The translations under genes were made by a program, and so were the position numbers. DNA of 63,194 bases, counting the filler, from Pelomyxa schiedti (lineage: Eukaryota > Protista > Evosea): assembly GCA_020536535.1 (NCBI GenBank). It is 7 parts of 7 records of this genome, joined end to end, with 100 filler letters (N's around TTAATTAATTAA, not from the genome) between each part and the next. Parts side by side here need not be neighbours in the genome. Positions count along the whole stretch, not along the records: positions 9,732 to 38,108 come from JAHLWZ010001022.1; 6 more parts are not named here. The stretch is one strand, 5' to 3'. Positions within the stretch are counted from its first letter, which is position 1; each line of letters starts with the position of its first letter. This document shows positions 21,821-37,348 of this stretch, piece after piece. The notes under the pieces were generated by a model. The model saw nothing but the letters and a program-made list of their open reading frames with translations, was not told where the DNA came from and did no database searches.

Positions 21821-24682
21821 ATGGAAACCGGGTTCGACAGCGTTGTCGAGGGACTGAGGGCCTGCGAGGGTCTACTAGGCATCGTGGCGACTTCGTTCGG
21901 GCCGTTTGGGTGCTCCAAGCTCGTCGCCGTCCGAGTGTCGGCGCCATCCTCGCGTCTCGGGGACGGGGGAGATGACTACGGCGGTGGGGTTGGGGACGGG
22001 GGTGGGCAGCGTAATCGCGTGGTGACCGTGACGAACGAGGCTGGGGTGGTTCTGCAATCCCTGGCGACGGCGGTGGGGGTCCGGGATCCCATAAGCCGCT
22101 TGGTGCTCGAGGAGGTGGCGGGGCACCTCGCGAGGGCGGGTGACGGGGCGTGCTCGTTGTTGATGGTGGTCACTGCTGTTCTCAGAACGGTTCCTTTTCT
22201 GTGTCTCTTGTGACTCTCACTCACTCATTTTGATTTTGGATTGTGGGGGGTTCTATTTTTGCACCGTACACGTGGGGGTTGTTGGTTGTTGGGTGTATGT
22301 ATGTTGTCTGAGCGACCGAAACTGAGTTTGTACTACCGCCAGATGGAGCAACAAATGAGAACAATGATGCTGGATGAGATAGGGAGAAGACGATACGTTG
22401 TGGATATGGCCCGTGGTTTGTCACACATATTGTCAGAACATTCTGGAGATGTGATCAAGACCCTGCGCCAAACGGTACTTGTCCCAGAAGTCACAACCAA
22501 CGAAATTTGCTCGCTCTTAATCGGCTCGACCGCTCAGAGCATCAAAACCAGGTGCAGTGATGCTGTATCAGTGAGAAAATGCCTTCATTTGCACTGCATC
22601 ACCGCACTTTCTGGAAAATTTGGAGGCATGCATTACTGAGCAGCAGTTCTCTCCACTAACATTTATGTATAATCGTTCTATTTATCTGGTCTTCTTTCAG
22701 GCAGAGTACCTGAACAAATTGCATCCTTTGTATGCGAACTGGTTTTTGCGCACTTCCCAATCGATGAAAGGAGAACATGTGTGCCTGAACGATTCCACCA
22801 GGTAAAAACAAACCACCAGTTGCGCAGGTTTCCCCATAAGTGGACCCTGCCACACAGGTTCTCAACTGGATCTCTCGGCATCAATCTGAATCTATCTTGG
22901 TCAAAAAAGGGAGTGAATCGCTTTCCCAAAGCAATGTGGTTGTGGGGTTTGTTGTGGAAAGACCCTTTTCATCCCCACTGATGCCGAAAAGCCTGCAACA
23001 GTGCGTAGTACTCCCATCTACGGTTGTCTATTGACACCTTAACGACCCGTCACACATTTTTTTTTAGAACACTGCCTTTTGTAGTGATCAAGTTTTCTCT
23101 GACTCTTTCTGGATCATCAGCGATAGACACAACACTAAGTTTTCCGTTTCACACTTCAAATATCTCTTAAGAGAAATGACAGGAGTCAAATCCCTTTCTG
23201 ACTTCTCCGGCGTTCTTCTGAATGGACAATCTCGCACTCAAAGAGTTATTTCGACCCTGCAAAACCTGGGGATCAAAATTGTGCTTTCCAACAACGTGTT
23301 TGGAGATGCGGTTTCACAACTGATCCACCAATCTGGAATGGTGGCAATCGAGGTAAGCGAGAGTGACCAACACAATAACATTTGAGTGGAAGGGGGGAAT
23401 TGAACTCAGCAAAAGGGTGTGCAAGAAAACATCCTGGACTGCATCCTGGAGAACGGGACAATCCATGCACTCTCATGTGCAACTGAACTTTCTCCGCCAT
23501 TCAGCGAATTGTGGCGCACAATGTACGTTGGAACTGCAACGAGCATTCGTGAAGTTAATGTGGCACACATGCCTGTTTCGATTGTTGCCGTAAGGCCTGG
23601 TGGCAATTGCCTGGTGCCTCATACTTTGATGCTGGCTGCACCAACCGAGAGCATTGGGAAAACATATAAAAGTGCTGTGTGTTCTGCAATAAGAGCTGCC
23701 CTGGCTTGGTCAGAAGAAAACGAGCCTTCTTCAACTTTTGTACGTGATGAAACTGCCCACTGTTCCCGAGATATTGAAAGTTTGGAACAAGAGCCTCAGC
23801 CTCCTCTTCCTCCTCCAGCACTAACACACTCTTTTGCGGAGGTCGAGGTGCAGGTTCTGCGCCTTCCTCCACCGCAGACATCTTTACCGGTGGTGGTGAT
23901 TACGACGCCCTCTTGCACCCAGCAACAGTTGCATTGCAATGATAGTTATGATAATTATAGAGGTATACAGAAAACTCACTCCTCTTTCTTCGTTTGGCCT
24001 GATTATAGAAAATAGGCCATCCAACACTGCAAGAGGAAGAAGAACCACAGATGTTATTTAGCGTTGCAGGTGGTGCTTCCTCGGAGGCAGCACTCCACAT
24101 CCTGTTTAATAGACTGGCGGCCAAGTCCACAACGTACGATTTCGGAATTCTCTCAGCCAAATTAATTAATTATATCACCAAAATCACGCAGAATTTCTCT
24201 CAAAAATGCATTCTCGTGCTTGGCTTCTGGGCTGCTCCACATCCCACAGACGCTGTCCAGTTGTGGAAACCTAACGCAAGCACACAGCCGCAACAACACA
24301 TGGCTGAGACTAAATGTAGATAGAGAACCCCAACTTCTCCCTTTGCTCTCGTGGCACTCCTACTACTACTATTATAAAGGGGTGGGTTATGACACTCACT
24401 TTGCAGGAGCTCCTTCAAGCACACTGTTCCGGACACCAGAGGGCTGGGATGCTATTGTCACTGCCAAAGTCACCCACTGAACCCTGGTGCCAGGTTGTGG
24501 ATGACATGTCCGAATTTGGGGTTTTGGAGCCACTCTCAACAAAGTACAAGTAACAACACAACCATGAACCGAAAATCAATAACAGTCACACAAGGTACTA
24601 TTTGTTTGTCAACAGCATCACTGCATTGATCAGAATTTTGTGGATTGGTGGTGTTGTTTCAGGAAGGAGAAAGAAAGTGTAA
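21821..24682 (+). CDS. BBS10: Bardet-Biedl syndrome 10-like chaperonin (divergent TCP-1/cpn60 fold), multi-exon
   Basis: SFGPFG...DPISRLVLEEVAGHLARAGDGACSLLMVVTAVLR compared with recalled human BBS10 [34 protein letters not shown]; also SLSQSNVVVGFVVERPFS, LQNLGIKIVLS, PHTLMLAAP, VAGGASSEAALH, GVLEPLSTKYK and ITALIRILWIGGVV in colinear order. The canonical CCT GDGTT motif is degenerate (GDGAC). Confidence 0.75.
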
Positions 24683-24758
24683 GTGTCAGTCACTAAAAAA
24701 AAGCTGTTTTTGCCAATGTGGAAGATTTTTTTTTTTTGTTTCTTCTCGACAGAGGTGA

Positions 24759-26768
24759 CTACAGTTTCGATGGAAGAGCAAAAATTGCAGCCTCACAAAC
24801 ATTGTAAGCATTTTGGGTTGGTGTTATTCCTTTTTGCTTGGCTTTTCTCTGTGTATGGGTTTGGTTTTTTTGGTTTTGTGATGTAAGAGCTGTCAATGAG
24901 TACAAAAAAAAACTTACCAAATTTTCCTTTGTTCCTTGTTCACAGACCTTGTGTGGTTCATTCATGTTAGTTGGGGGAAATTGGAAAAGTGCACATTGAC
25001 ATGCCTTCACAATCAGGGGAACAATGTTTGCCGGTTTTGCATTCGTCTGGTTGATGTATTCTTCCCATCCTGCGATTACACCGGCTGTGTTGTGCATCCA
25101 CTCTATCTGAAACAGAATTCCTCGGTCATGCAACATTTGTGCAAGCTTCAGCTCCTGCTCAACGCTCGTTGCATCCAGCTTTGAATTTGGCAGAGAAATG
25201 GGGGAGGTTGAAAAAAAAATGAGATTTCAAGTTGGATATTTACCTGATTGTTGGCGGTTCCAATGATAACTTTGGCTTTTATCTTGGGAATGATGGCTCT
25301 GGTTATAATACCACCTGATCACTCATATGTAAGAAGAAATTAATTAGGGGGTCATCAGGCAAAACGAACCTACGGCACATGGAACCAGAATGTCAACATC
25401 ACAAAGAAGAAAGTCCTTTGGGGGACAAGTTTTGATGGGGACCTTGGGAAATCGTTTCTTCAGCAAGTTGAAGCGACTTTGGTCCAAATCTGGTTTTCGT
25501 TCAAAAACACTGACACGCTACAACATCTCAAGATTACAAACCTGATACAGTAACAACTCCGCCAGCCTTGATGACATGGCAACAAAGAGGAAACCCAGCA
25601 GCCCCCAGGCCCTGAATTGCAATCTTCTTTCCTGAGAGCGGTGTTTTAAACCTACCAAGATATCCAGTCATCTAGATGCAAATGTGCCACTGGGTTACTT
25701 ACCTTGCCAAACAAGCTTGCTGCAGGGCCAGAAACGTGCCAAAAGCGGCATGTGTACCAGTTGGTCCCATGGTTCCTCGGATTCCTCCCACGATGTTATG
25801 TGTGAACTTCCTCAGTTTATCTGCATGCTCGGGCAAAAACCCCATGTCGGGCCCAGTGAAGCACCTTCCGTCAATGTGAGAATTTCCTCAAGGAATGAAC
25901 GGACTTACTTTGATTGGTCAATAAAGTACGCAAGGAACCCCAATTTGCTGAGGTCGTTCAGAGGAACAACGTCTGAGTGCACGGCGAGTTTGCATCCGCC
26001 AAACGGTATCTGCGCTGCGACGTTCTTGTAGCTCATGTCTGCGTGAAACAGTTAAAATGGCGAAGCAGAACCACCAATTTATCACAACTTCTTGCCAAAT
26101 CCAACCCATCCTTTATAACGTGCAGTTCTGAGTCAGTGAGGTCGTGCCTGCGAATACCACCACTGCAGACGGCGTGGTAACCGTTGTTTTTCCCCAGGGT
26201 TGTGCTTGCAATCAATGTGAGGTTGATGGATGGCTTGTGAATGAAAGTAAAAAAAAGGGAAAAACCTGTGGACACAGTTGAATCCAGTGATGTTGAAAGG
26301 GGGGTGATCAAACACCTCAAACATCACGTGGTTGCCATCACTCATCAAACCAATGATATCACCCAGTGCAGAAACAAATTCCGAGTCGGCCATGAACACA
26401 TCAGGTCCCAGTTCTCTCACAGCAACACCACTCTTTGGGCACACTGCAGGTTTCACATTATTCGCTGTTCCGTCATACTGGATTCCTTTGTACATTCTAG
26501 CATAGCTAATTAATTGTTTATGAAGGATTGAACAGAACAACCTCCAATTGAACAGGTCATATCTGACACATTCTACCTTCAGTGACACGAACTGGTTGTT
26601 GTTGTTGTTGGTGATGAGGGTGTTTCCAACCCGATGGCATCGTTGTTGTGGCCGCCTCACGACAACGTGGTCGGCTCCAAGCCTCCTCATCGAGTCCACC
26701 AGTGGTCGACTTCGTCCCATAACCCCCTCAACTGCTGCCGGTGCCGATTTATTCCCTCCTCGCTGCAT
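24759..26768 (-). CDS. Glu/Leu/Phe/Val (ELFV) dehydrogenase, Leu/Phe/Val-DH-like, multi-exon
   Basis: Spliced reading: IASTTLG...SGGIRR...DGLDLARNMSYKNVAAQIPFGGCK...CFTGPDMGF...GPTGTHAAFGTF...LSGKKIAIQGLGAAG (Rossmann GxGxxG)...CDVDILVPCA|GGIITRAIIPKIKAKVIIGTANNQ|L...LHDRGILFQIEWMHNTAGVI. The start is uncertain. Confidence 0.9.
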
Positions 26769-28164
26769 CGAACCGTCGGCCTGTTGGGGAACAGGTTTAC
26801 AGGAAATCGATTCGTAGTCCTGCAGGCGTTGCGCAAAGCGGTGTTGAAAACCACGGAGGTGCTGGCGGAAGGCACAAGAGAGGCGAACAGCACAGAGACA
26901 CAGAGCAACATGCGGTGGAATGAGGGAGGGAAAATGTGCACTTTTCCGGACATGTGAAAATCCCCTCTGCTAGCACATTGGTAACGTGTAGCCCACACAG
27001 CTACAGGGTGGTAGCTCCACAATCCACTTGGATATCTTGTGCACCCACGTCAGAGAACAGAACGACATTGTGGCAAGCATGACACCAGAGCTGGCGGGGA
27101 AGAGTCCAATCAAGTCGCCTTGTTCTGTTCTTTGGTGTTGCTGTTAGGCGTGTCGAGTCTAAGTGCAAAGAGACAGTGGGTTGACGCAGGATCACTCATG
27201 AGGTTGAAGCTTCAGGTTGACCAAGCAGTTTTTGGATCAAGGGAGAAGCACGGAGTGGTTGGGTTGCACAAGTGGAATACAGTCTTGTTGGGTTCTGGCA
27301 CATCATCACACATATGTTCTTGGATGATTCTCTTCACTTCACACACAGAAGGGAGCTTGGCTTTGAAGGTTTAGGTTCAGACAGGGCGCGGCTTTGTACT
27401 GGGTACAAGATAAGCACATCCTTACTGTGTTGAAGGAACACACTGCTTCTTGCATCTCAATCTGCACAGAAATGACAACAGGAGGCGTCTGTGGCTCCCC
27501 GTTGAGCACACACCAGACTCGCACTTGGTCAGGCACAAACACCACAATCCACCAGGAGTTGCCTTGTGCCACAACATGGTACGTGGGATGTGGTGCAATA
27601 CTCACCAAAGCAACTTCCCAACTACCATTAGTATGAGAGAAATCGCCAGCCGGGAAACCAGAATGATACTACACCAAGAAATTCCAGCCACCAAGGCACC
27701 CACGGGACCTTGTGGTTCTCCCTACATGATATCCAGCACACCCAGAGAACCAAACACCTCCTGGCACTGGAATGTCCAGGAGGGTCCGGACCTGAAGGAA
27801 CGAACATTTAAAAAAAAAAATGGTGCAGTATTTCACTCCCTAGCCCCTGAGGGTTGGTCTTACTCCTGGCCACATGCCCTTGTGGCGGTTGCCAGTCACC
27901 TAGTTGCTGAACGGAGGTACTTTTGCCCCTTCTCCTGAGTGTTGCTCCTCTCCCTGCTTGTTTTTTGGTGGAAACCCCTTTCTGGCTCTCGATTATGGGT
28001 GGGAGCAAGCCCCAAACCGCTATGTTAAGAGCCAAGACCTCACGGGGTTAAACGGACTGGACATTAGTGTGTGTCGCGTACTTCCCTGTAACAGTGTTGT
28101 GTTGGTTTTGGATTTTTCAGTGAACAACAAACAACAGTTTCGCGCTGAACTCGTAAAACAAAAA

Positions 28165-31100
28165 ATGTCGAGTGTCGAAGGTGGTGTGGTGAGCCCCAGT
28201 ACCACCCCGGCCAGCAGCCCAGACCCTCAGATACAACAACCACCACAACAACCAGGAACTACTGCCACACCGGCAATAGCCACCACTCCTGGAATCAGCC
28301 CCGCAACCACTCCCACAATTATAACCACACCAGATCCCCTGGATTCAAGTGACCACCGCCACTCACGCAAACAAAGGCGCAGCCCTTCACTCTTAAAAAT
28401 CGTGGTGTGCTTATCTTCCGAACCATTGAGTCGGGGATTTTTTATTTCCTTGTTGTTTGTATTCTGCAATACTCCTTGGGTTTTTTTTCCTATTCACATT
28501 GAGTTTTTTGTTAAGGATCCTTCATCTGAGAAAGATATACCTTTGCGGGTTTCTCTCAACACATCACATCACCATCGCCATCACGCACAAACGGTTGCTT
28601 TCATAGAATTGGCACCTTCCTCATCACCATCACTAGCACCACTTCCAGCACCTGCATCCCCAACCCCTGATGAAGAACAAGAGCCCAGCTCAACAACTCA
28701 AGGAAGCACGCCAGCTGACAGTGATATCGTCTCAAATGAGCTGTTCGTCGGTGTTACTTGCCCCTGCTGCAATTCTCAGTTCAACCTCTCTGACGCCAAT
28801 CTTGTTCTGAGAAAAACAAGTATACCATTCCCATAATAGCATATCCCTGTTGTATCCTCTTCCACGTTTCATAGACAAGACAAGCACTACCACGACGACT
28901 GCTGCATCTATGTCCACGTTCAACCGGCATCATGTTTCAGTTAACTTCCAGCAAATCAAATAAGCCTAACAACACAACCCCAGTTTACAAAATTAACCTC
29001 AACAAAAGGTCATTGAACATAGACCTCGTGCCTCTTCTGCGTCTGCGTCTGATATGAGGACCCCTAAGTTAAGCCTACAAATCTTTACACATACAATTTC
29101 TATAAATACACCATAATCTAATGCTTTGCCTACAGGTAGTTGAGGATATGGCCAAAAACAGTGTCTACCTTGACGCAGGATCTTCATCATCAACTTCACC
29201 AAGGCCTGGTTCTCGTGTTGCCGTTCAGGTAAAAAGCACATTGAGTCAAGGATTCTTGGCGTTTTGATTTAATCAAAGGATGAAAGAGAGGAAGATATGC
29301 CACGGTTCACTGATGCTCGCTTTCTTAAAGTTGAGGAGCCGTACTCTGATAGTAACAGTATATTCAGGTACATTAGTGACGTTCATTCTTTCGTACCAAT
29401 GCCTAAAAGTGAAGCGGAGGAAGGAAGCTCTACTCACCTCAAAGCTGCAACAATTCACAAACTTGTTCATTATTTTACATCTGACCTTCAAGTCAGTGAG
29501 TATCCCAGAATTTAAACCTTCACTGCATACGAAACATCCTCCAGAAAAAGGAGGAGATGACGATGATGATATGGGTTCCTTCTTGTTAACATTTCGCGTT
29601 TTCAGCACCTCATCCGAGTTCTTGGAGCTTCTGCATTCCCGGTAATATGATCACATTTATTTCTTGAATACTCAACTTCAAGGATTCCTTGTGTCTAGGT
29701 TTTTTTCCCCAAAGCCCGAAGGTTTGGAATGGGATCTTTACCGAAGAACAAAGTTGAACCAAATAAGACTGAGGTCATCCCATTTCACTCTTTTACGCCA
29801 CAACTTAGTTTCTCTAATAGAATATCTAATCTGATGAAGTACTGGTTCATGCTTTGCCCAGAAGATTTCAAATACGATCCAGCTCTCCAAGAGCAATGCC
29901 GCCAAACGCTAGCAGAATTTGCGGAAAGGTTCCCCCCGTGTAGGGTCTTGATAGGAACCTTGCAAACTGTTGTATGCGTAATTTACTGTACTACGTTCCA
30001 TGAACAATCCCTAAGATCGACACACGACCCCAAATCATTCAAAACGTGGGAGTCCAACGCACTCCTCCACCTACTCCCATGCTGTACGAAGATGTCTCCC
30101 ACATTACCTGCTTCCTCGATCTTCATCCGGAAGAGGTGAATCGTTCTTTGCCCTTTGGAATGTAACACAGGCAAAAAAGGTTGCTCGGCAAATGGCCCTC
30201 ATAGAGTATGAAAGTTTCATGAAGATTAGGTCATCCGAGTTCGTTTACAAAATGGCAAGCAAGAACAGGGATAACTTCAAAAATATCACTGAGATGACCA
30301 CAAAAATAAACAGGGTTTGTCCTCTTTGTAAATAAAAACCAAGTGCTTCCTAACTTAAATCCACCAACACCCAAAAAAAAAAAAAAGCATGTAAATTGGG
30401 TGTCAACAGAAATTCTGACACAAAAGGACATTGCCACACGCGCATTTATACTACACAAATTTGTCCTTGTTGCCATGGTATCACAAAATCCCTATCCCTC
30501 GACTCTTAATTTCTTTCAGGCATCCCTTGGCTTGAATAATTTATCAACAGTTAAGGAAATAATGTCAAGTCTCGGAAGCTCAGCAATCCATAGACTTCGA
30601 GCCACTTGGCGGGTAGGTGTTTGTTTGATTACTTCTACAGATCGTTTCTTAGAAAAAGGAAAAATAGATTTTGCCAGCGAATACCATGGAAATTTTTCAC
30701 CAATTGGAGAGATTCATCTCTTCAGACGATAATCACAACGAATATCGGTCCAGGCTACAAACTATTTGTGAAAAACACCCCAAACTTCCCTGTGTTCCAT
30801 TTCTTGGTAGGAGGCATTAATATAATTGATAAACACTTAGACACTTAGGTATAAGCATCACGGATTGCCTTTTCCTGAACCAAGGAAACCCCGACACTAT
30901 GGAATCATCCTCAGGTGAAAAAATGATCAACTTTGCTAAATGGCGGAGGCTTGCCAAAGTGATCAGGCAAGTTCGTTTTCTTCTTGTGATTGTAATTGTG
31001 TGTGCATAGGGAACTGGCAAAATTTCAGGGAACAACATACAACCTCACTCCTCTTTATTCCATCCAGCACTACTTGGAAACCACGCATGTAGAGGAATCT

Positions 31101-31414
31101 GAAGATGTCTTATTTGAATTGAGTAAGGCACTAGAGGATGGATCCGCAACCCCGTAAGTTTTTCCACGGCCCACGCCAATTCTATATAACATAGAATATC
31201 AGATTATAACCTCCTCACAAAACAGGAACCCAAAGGACGAAAAGTATATTCAGAAACTAGCTAAGAAAATTGCCAAGTAAGTAGTCCAGTGAAACCCACT
31301 TCTTACTAACCTCACTCAAGGGAAGATAAACGCAAGTTGCAAAAGCACCCACATATAGATGTCAAACCAAAGGATGCCACAGAGGGGAAACCCCGCTCCG
31401 GCAGCAGTTCCTAA
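28165..31414 (+). CDS. Ras guanine-nucleotide exchange factor (RasGEF_N/REM + CDC25 domain), multi-exon
   Basis: LKAATIHKLVHYFT...FLLTFRVFSTSSEFLELLHSR; ISNLMKYW...PEDF; LDLHPEE|VARQMALIEYESF; NWVSTEILT...RAFILHKFVLVA; LNNLSTVKEIMSSLGSSAIHRLRATW; PCVPFL; GNPD...MINFAKWRRLAKVI. Confidence 0.92.
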
Positions 31415-31612
31415 TCGTTCGTTTCTTGCCCCAGCATCACTACTCATTTGACTCACATAAAGATCTCCAAACACCAAAAAATCACCCACTGTACGGCTGT
31501 GAATGAGAGTTATACTTATTTTCCCCTACTCTGGAAGAGCTTTTTCTCTTTCAAAAAAAAAGTTTCTTTCCTTTTTGTATAAGGGTATTTCTTTTTTTTG
31601 CAATTTTGTTTG

Positions 31613-34600
31613 TCATAGTGCTTTGAAGAGAACAGGGGAGACAGAGGAGGAAACGCACTGGACCCAAAGGTTTCCACAGGAAGAGTGATAGGAACCATCA
31701 ACCCAAGTGACAGTGTTCCCATTGTCCTCGTCACCAAATGGTACGTGACACAGAGCGCAAAATGACGAATTCTTCTTGGTCAACATCGGCCAGGTTGGTT
31801 TTACCTAGTCGTGGATTAGTTATACCTCTTTCGGGATAGATACATGAATGTCAAGGGTTATTTGTTCCTTGAGGTCCCTCCAGTGCTTCCGGACTTCTTC
31901 TAGAAGAGCCGGTAGTTCCGTGGTGGTACATTGTGTTGATTGTTCTGCCAGTGCCATTTTGATTCTGTCAGTGATTCTATAAAACTCTATAAGACCTGTG
32001 AAACCGAGTTAGCTGTACCAATTTGGTGCAGAGAGGATAGGAATCGCACATTCGATGTATTTCTGGTATTTTTCGTTTTCTGTGACTTTGGTTTGTACTG
32101 TGCTTTCTGCCCGGTGAAGAGACTGGTGCCACTCCATAGCGGCTGTCAAGTATTCCTTGCATACAGTGACAACCTTGATGCACGCTGACTCATTCAGTGG
32201 TGGTGGATACTTTACAGGCTCCTTCACTGAGTTAGAAGTTGAGAAAAAACTGTTACAAGTTACCTGCTCTAGTGTGCTGGGAAGGGTTGGTTGCATGATT
32301 TGTGCTGTTAGGGATTGTGCTGGCTGTTGTGGCATCTGTTGACCAGTTTGTTGCACTTGCGGCATTAATTGCGTTACTTGAGGGAATTGTGTTGACTGCT
32401 GTAGCGTCACTGTCTGCTGAAGGGTCTGTTGACCGGGCTGAACTTGTGTTTGTGGTGCTTGAACTGTTGGAGGCATTGGCTGTTCCTGTTGTGCCGGTAG
32501 TACTGACGGTTGCTGCGGTGGTGGAGGCGGAGGGACAGTCATTTGCGGGAATGAGGAATTGAAGGGTACTGTATACTGTGGTGCGACAAGGGAAGCTGTA
32601 GATTGTATCGGTGTTGATGATGCAGGAGACTGGAAGAACGTAGATTCCCACGAGCTTGTAGTTGCTGCTGGTGGAGGTGTGGGTAGAAAAGGGTGATCAA
32701 TCGAACTTGTAGCAGGACTTGTAAAAGATGGCGCAGACTCGAAATCAGTCCAAAGATCTTGGTCTTGCTTTTCTGGTGTAGGTGCGATGCTCTTTTCCCC
32801 ACTGAATGAAAATTGCATAAGACCACTGGACGGTTGCGTGGGTAAAAAGGCAGTGGGTGTGGAAGGTGGTGGGGGAACATTCAAGAACATTGGGGTGATT
32901 CCTTGTGGAGGGAGTGGGGTTGGTGTAGGTGTTAATAGGGAGGCACTCGGGATGGGTTGAGCGGCGGGAAAATTGGACTGAATTGGGGGTGGCGGAACAG
33001 CGAGAATTTGGGAAGGAGAACCCCTGCCACAGTTAAGATAAAATAGTACACATTAAGGTAAGCTACCATGGGAGTGCTGTCGCAGGGGCCACGGGAAAAC
33101 TATTTACAGATCCTGCACAGAGTTAAAAATGACAACGCTACTCAGTCCCTACCTTCAACGAACAGTGATGAAGTTGGAGGCATTGAATCCATAGGTGAAC
33201 TTGGTGCCAGTGGGGTGTTTGGAGTTGGAGTTGTTGGGACTTGTGGAGTTGAATTTGGGGGAGTGGCTGAATTTGGGGTGGGTGCTGGTGCCGGAGTTGG
33301 CACTGTAGTTGCTTCTCTGAGGGCTTTAATTGTTTCGTCATTCCAGGTCACAGAGTACTTGGACTTGCCCTTAATTTAAGTTAAAAAAAAAAAAATGTGT
33401 TGCTGTAATTTTCAAAACCTTTGGTGCAGGCTTTTCGGGGGGTGCCGGTTTCTCCTGTACCTTGCTTGTTTGTGAACTGTCTGTTTCTTGGGAAGTACTA
33501 ATCGGTTTAACCTCAGCAGAAATACTCTTATCAGGAGTCTGTTCGGAAAGATCGATTGAGCTCTTCTCTGAGGTGCCCTTACTCTCGGCACCTTTTACTG
33601 GGTTGAAGGACGTTTGCTGTGTAGGTTGTTCAAAGAATGTGCTATCTTCGTTTGCAATGGTTCCTGATGATGTGAACTCAGTAAAAATGGAATTATCTGC
33701 TGAGATGTTAGTTCACATTTATGGTACGGTGCAAGCCTTCAAAGGTGGTTGGTTTTGTAGGTGGTGGCAAATTTATCTTGGAGTCTCCCAGAAGAGATCC
33801 AGGTTCTTTTGAAGTTTGTTTACCTAAAGTAGTGAGAGCCGGAAGTATAGAAGGAAATGCCTACTGAGTGGAGCTGAAGCCCCAAAATCAATGGAAGGTG
33901 GAAACAGGGAAACAGATGCCGTTCCTGAAACAGTGGCATTTGGAGTGACGCTGGTTGAAAAAAGTGATGTGGTGGATACTTGAGATGAAGAGTTTGGCGG
34001 AGTTGGCTGCGTGGGTGGGGTAAGAAGGGATGGTGAGGTGAGGGTTGCAGGAGGGAAAAGGGAAGGATTTGGTTGTGCTACAAGCAGAGGTGAGGGTGCT
34101 GTTGCTGTCTTAGCCGGCGTCGAAGGCAATCCCAACAACAAAGATGTGGGAGAAGCGGTTGATTTTGAGGCTGAAGATGGGGGAGGTTCATCCCACGACA
34201 TCAAATCCCCCTTTTTGGCAGAACCAACTGACCCCGGTTTTTGTGGTGTGGCAGTTGCGGCCAGTATGGAGCTTGGAGTTGAAACCGGGGTAGGAGTGCC
34301 CGATAGCAGAGAATTTGCAGGCTGCCCGTATGAAGTAACAGGTGAACTCACACTGGTTGGTCCAACTGCAGTTGTTGATCCCACAAAAGGCGTTGAGGGT
34401 GACATCAACCATTGTTGTTGAGCCCCGCTAGGCCGACCATACCCCATTCCCATCGTTCCCATTCCAGTCGGCATTCCAGTTCCAGTTCCAGTTCCAGGTG
34501 CACCTCCAATTCCCAGTCCCATTCCCATTCCACTAGTATTCATCACCATCCCTGTCCCACTTCCACTTCCACTTCCACTTCCGAATCCCATTCCCATTCC

Positions 34601-35083
34601 CATCCCCATCCCCATCCCCATCCCCAATCCCATTCCCCCGGTCGTTGTCGTCGTCGTTGGTTTCGCCGCTGGGTCAGTCAACAGCGATGCAAATGACGAC
34701 GAAGACGATACGGGAGGCGTAGATACGACGGAATTTACGGCAGGAGGAGGCGGAGGAGGTGGAGGCGTGGCGAGGCCGAAAAACGACGCGCCCCCGATGT
34801 TGACGTTGACCGTTGGCATCGGGAGTGTCCCTTGAACCGCCGCGACCCCCGGGGGACGCGGCGGGACTTGGACCAGCGTGGGGCCGCCCATCATTGTGGG
34901 TTGCGTTGGTACGGCGAACTGGCCGGGAGGGGGGCCCGGGGGCACCATCATCATTGTTCCGTATTGTGGGACCATACCCCCGCCGTATCCCATCATCATG
35001 GTAGGCGCACCCATCATCATTGTGGGTGGGACCACGTAGTTGGGCTTCATTCCCCTTCTTTTTTCTTTTTTTTTCCCGAACAT
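31613..35083 (-). CDS. SYNRG: Gamma-synergin-like (AP-1 accessory) protein: long disordered P/T/S/G/M-rich region and conserved C-terminal domain
   Basis: Spliced C-terminus KVTENEKYQKYIECLIEFYRITDRIKMAL...LLEEVRKHWRDLK...FCALCHVPF...GSYHSSCGNLWVQCVSS compared with recalled synergin-gamma EYLLGVVEVYRVTKRVELGI...LLKDIDKVWNNL...CGVCLL...QYHASCANFWINCV; DLWTDFESA resembles adaptin-ear-binding motifs. Confidence 0.7.
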
Positions 35084-35232
35084 GCACTCCGGTGATGCCT
35101 TCCAGGAAATCCCGAAGACGTGAAGCCCCGGGCACAGCCGCAGGCAAAAGAGAACAAAAGATTTTGCTTGGCGGAAAAAAACAAAGACTCTATTCAGGGT
35201 TATTCTAGTGGGTTCATTGTTCTGCAGAGTTC

Positions 35233-37348
<2,116 letters not shown>

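Noticed and set aside
21821-24682. Ordinary CCT/TCP-1 subunit
   Set aside because: Far too divergent (GDGAC, no TNDGATIL), and the motifs match BBS10 better.
27000-27900. Possible minus-strand gene upstream of the dehydrogenase
   Set aside because: Open segments exist but no recognisable motif or reliable splice chain.
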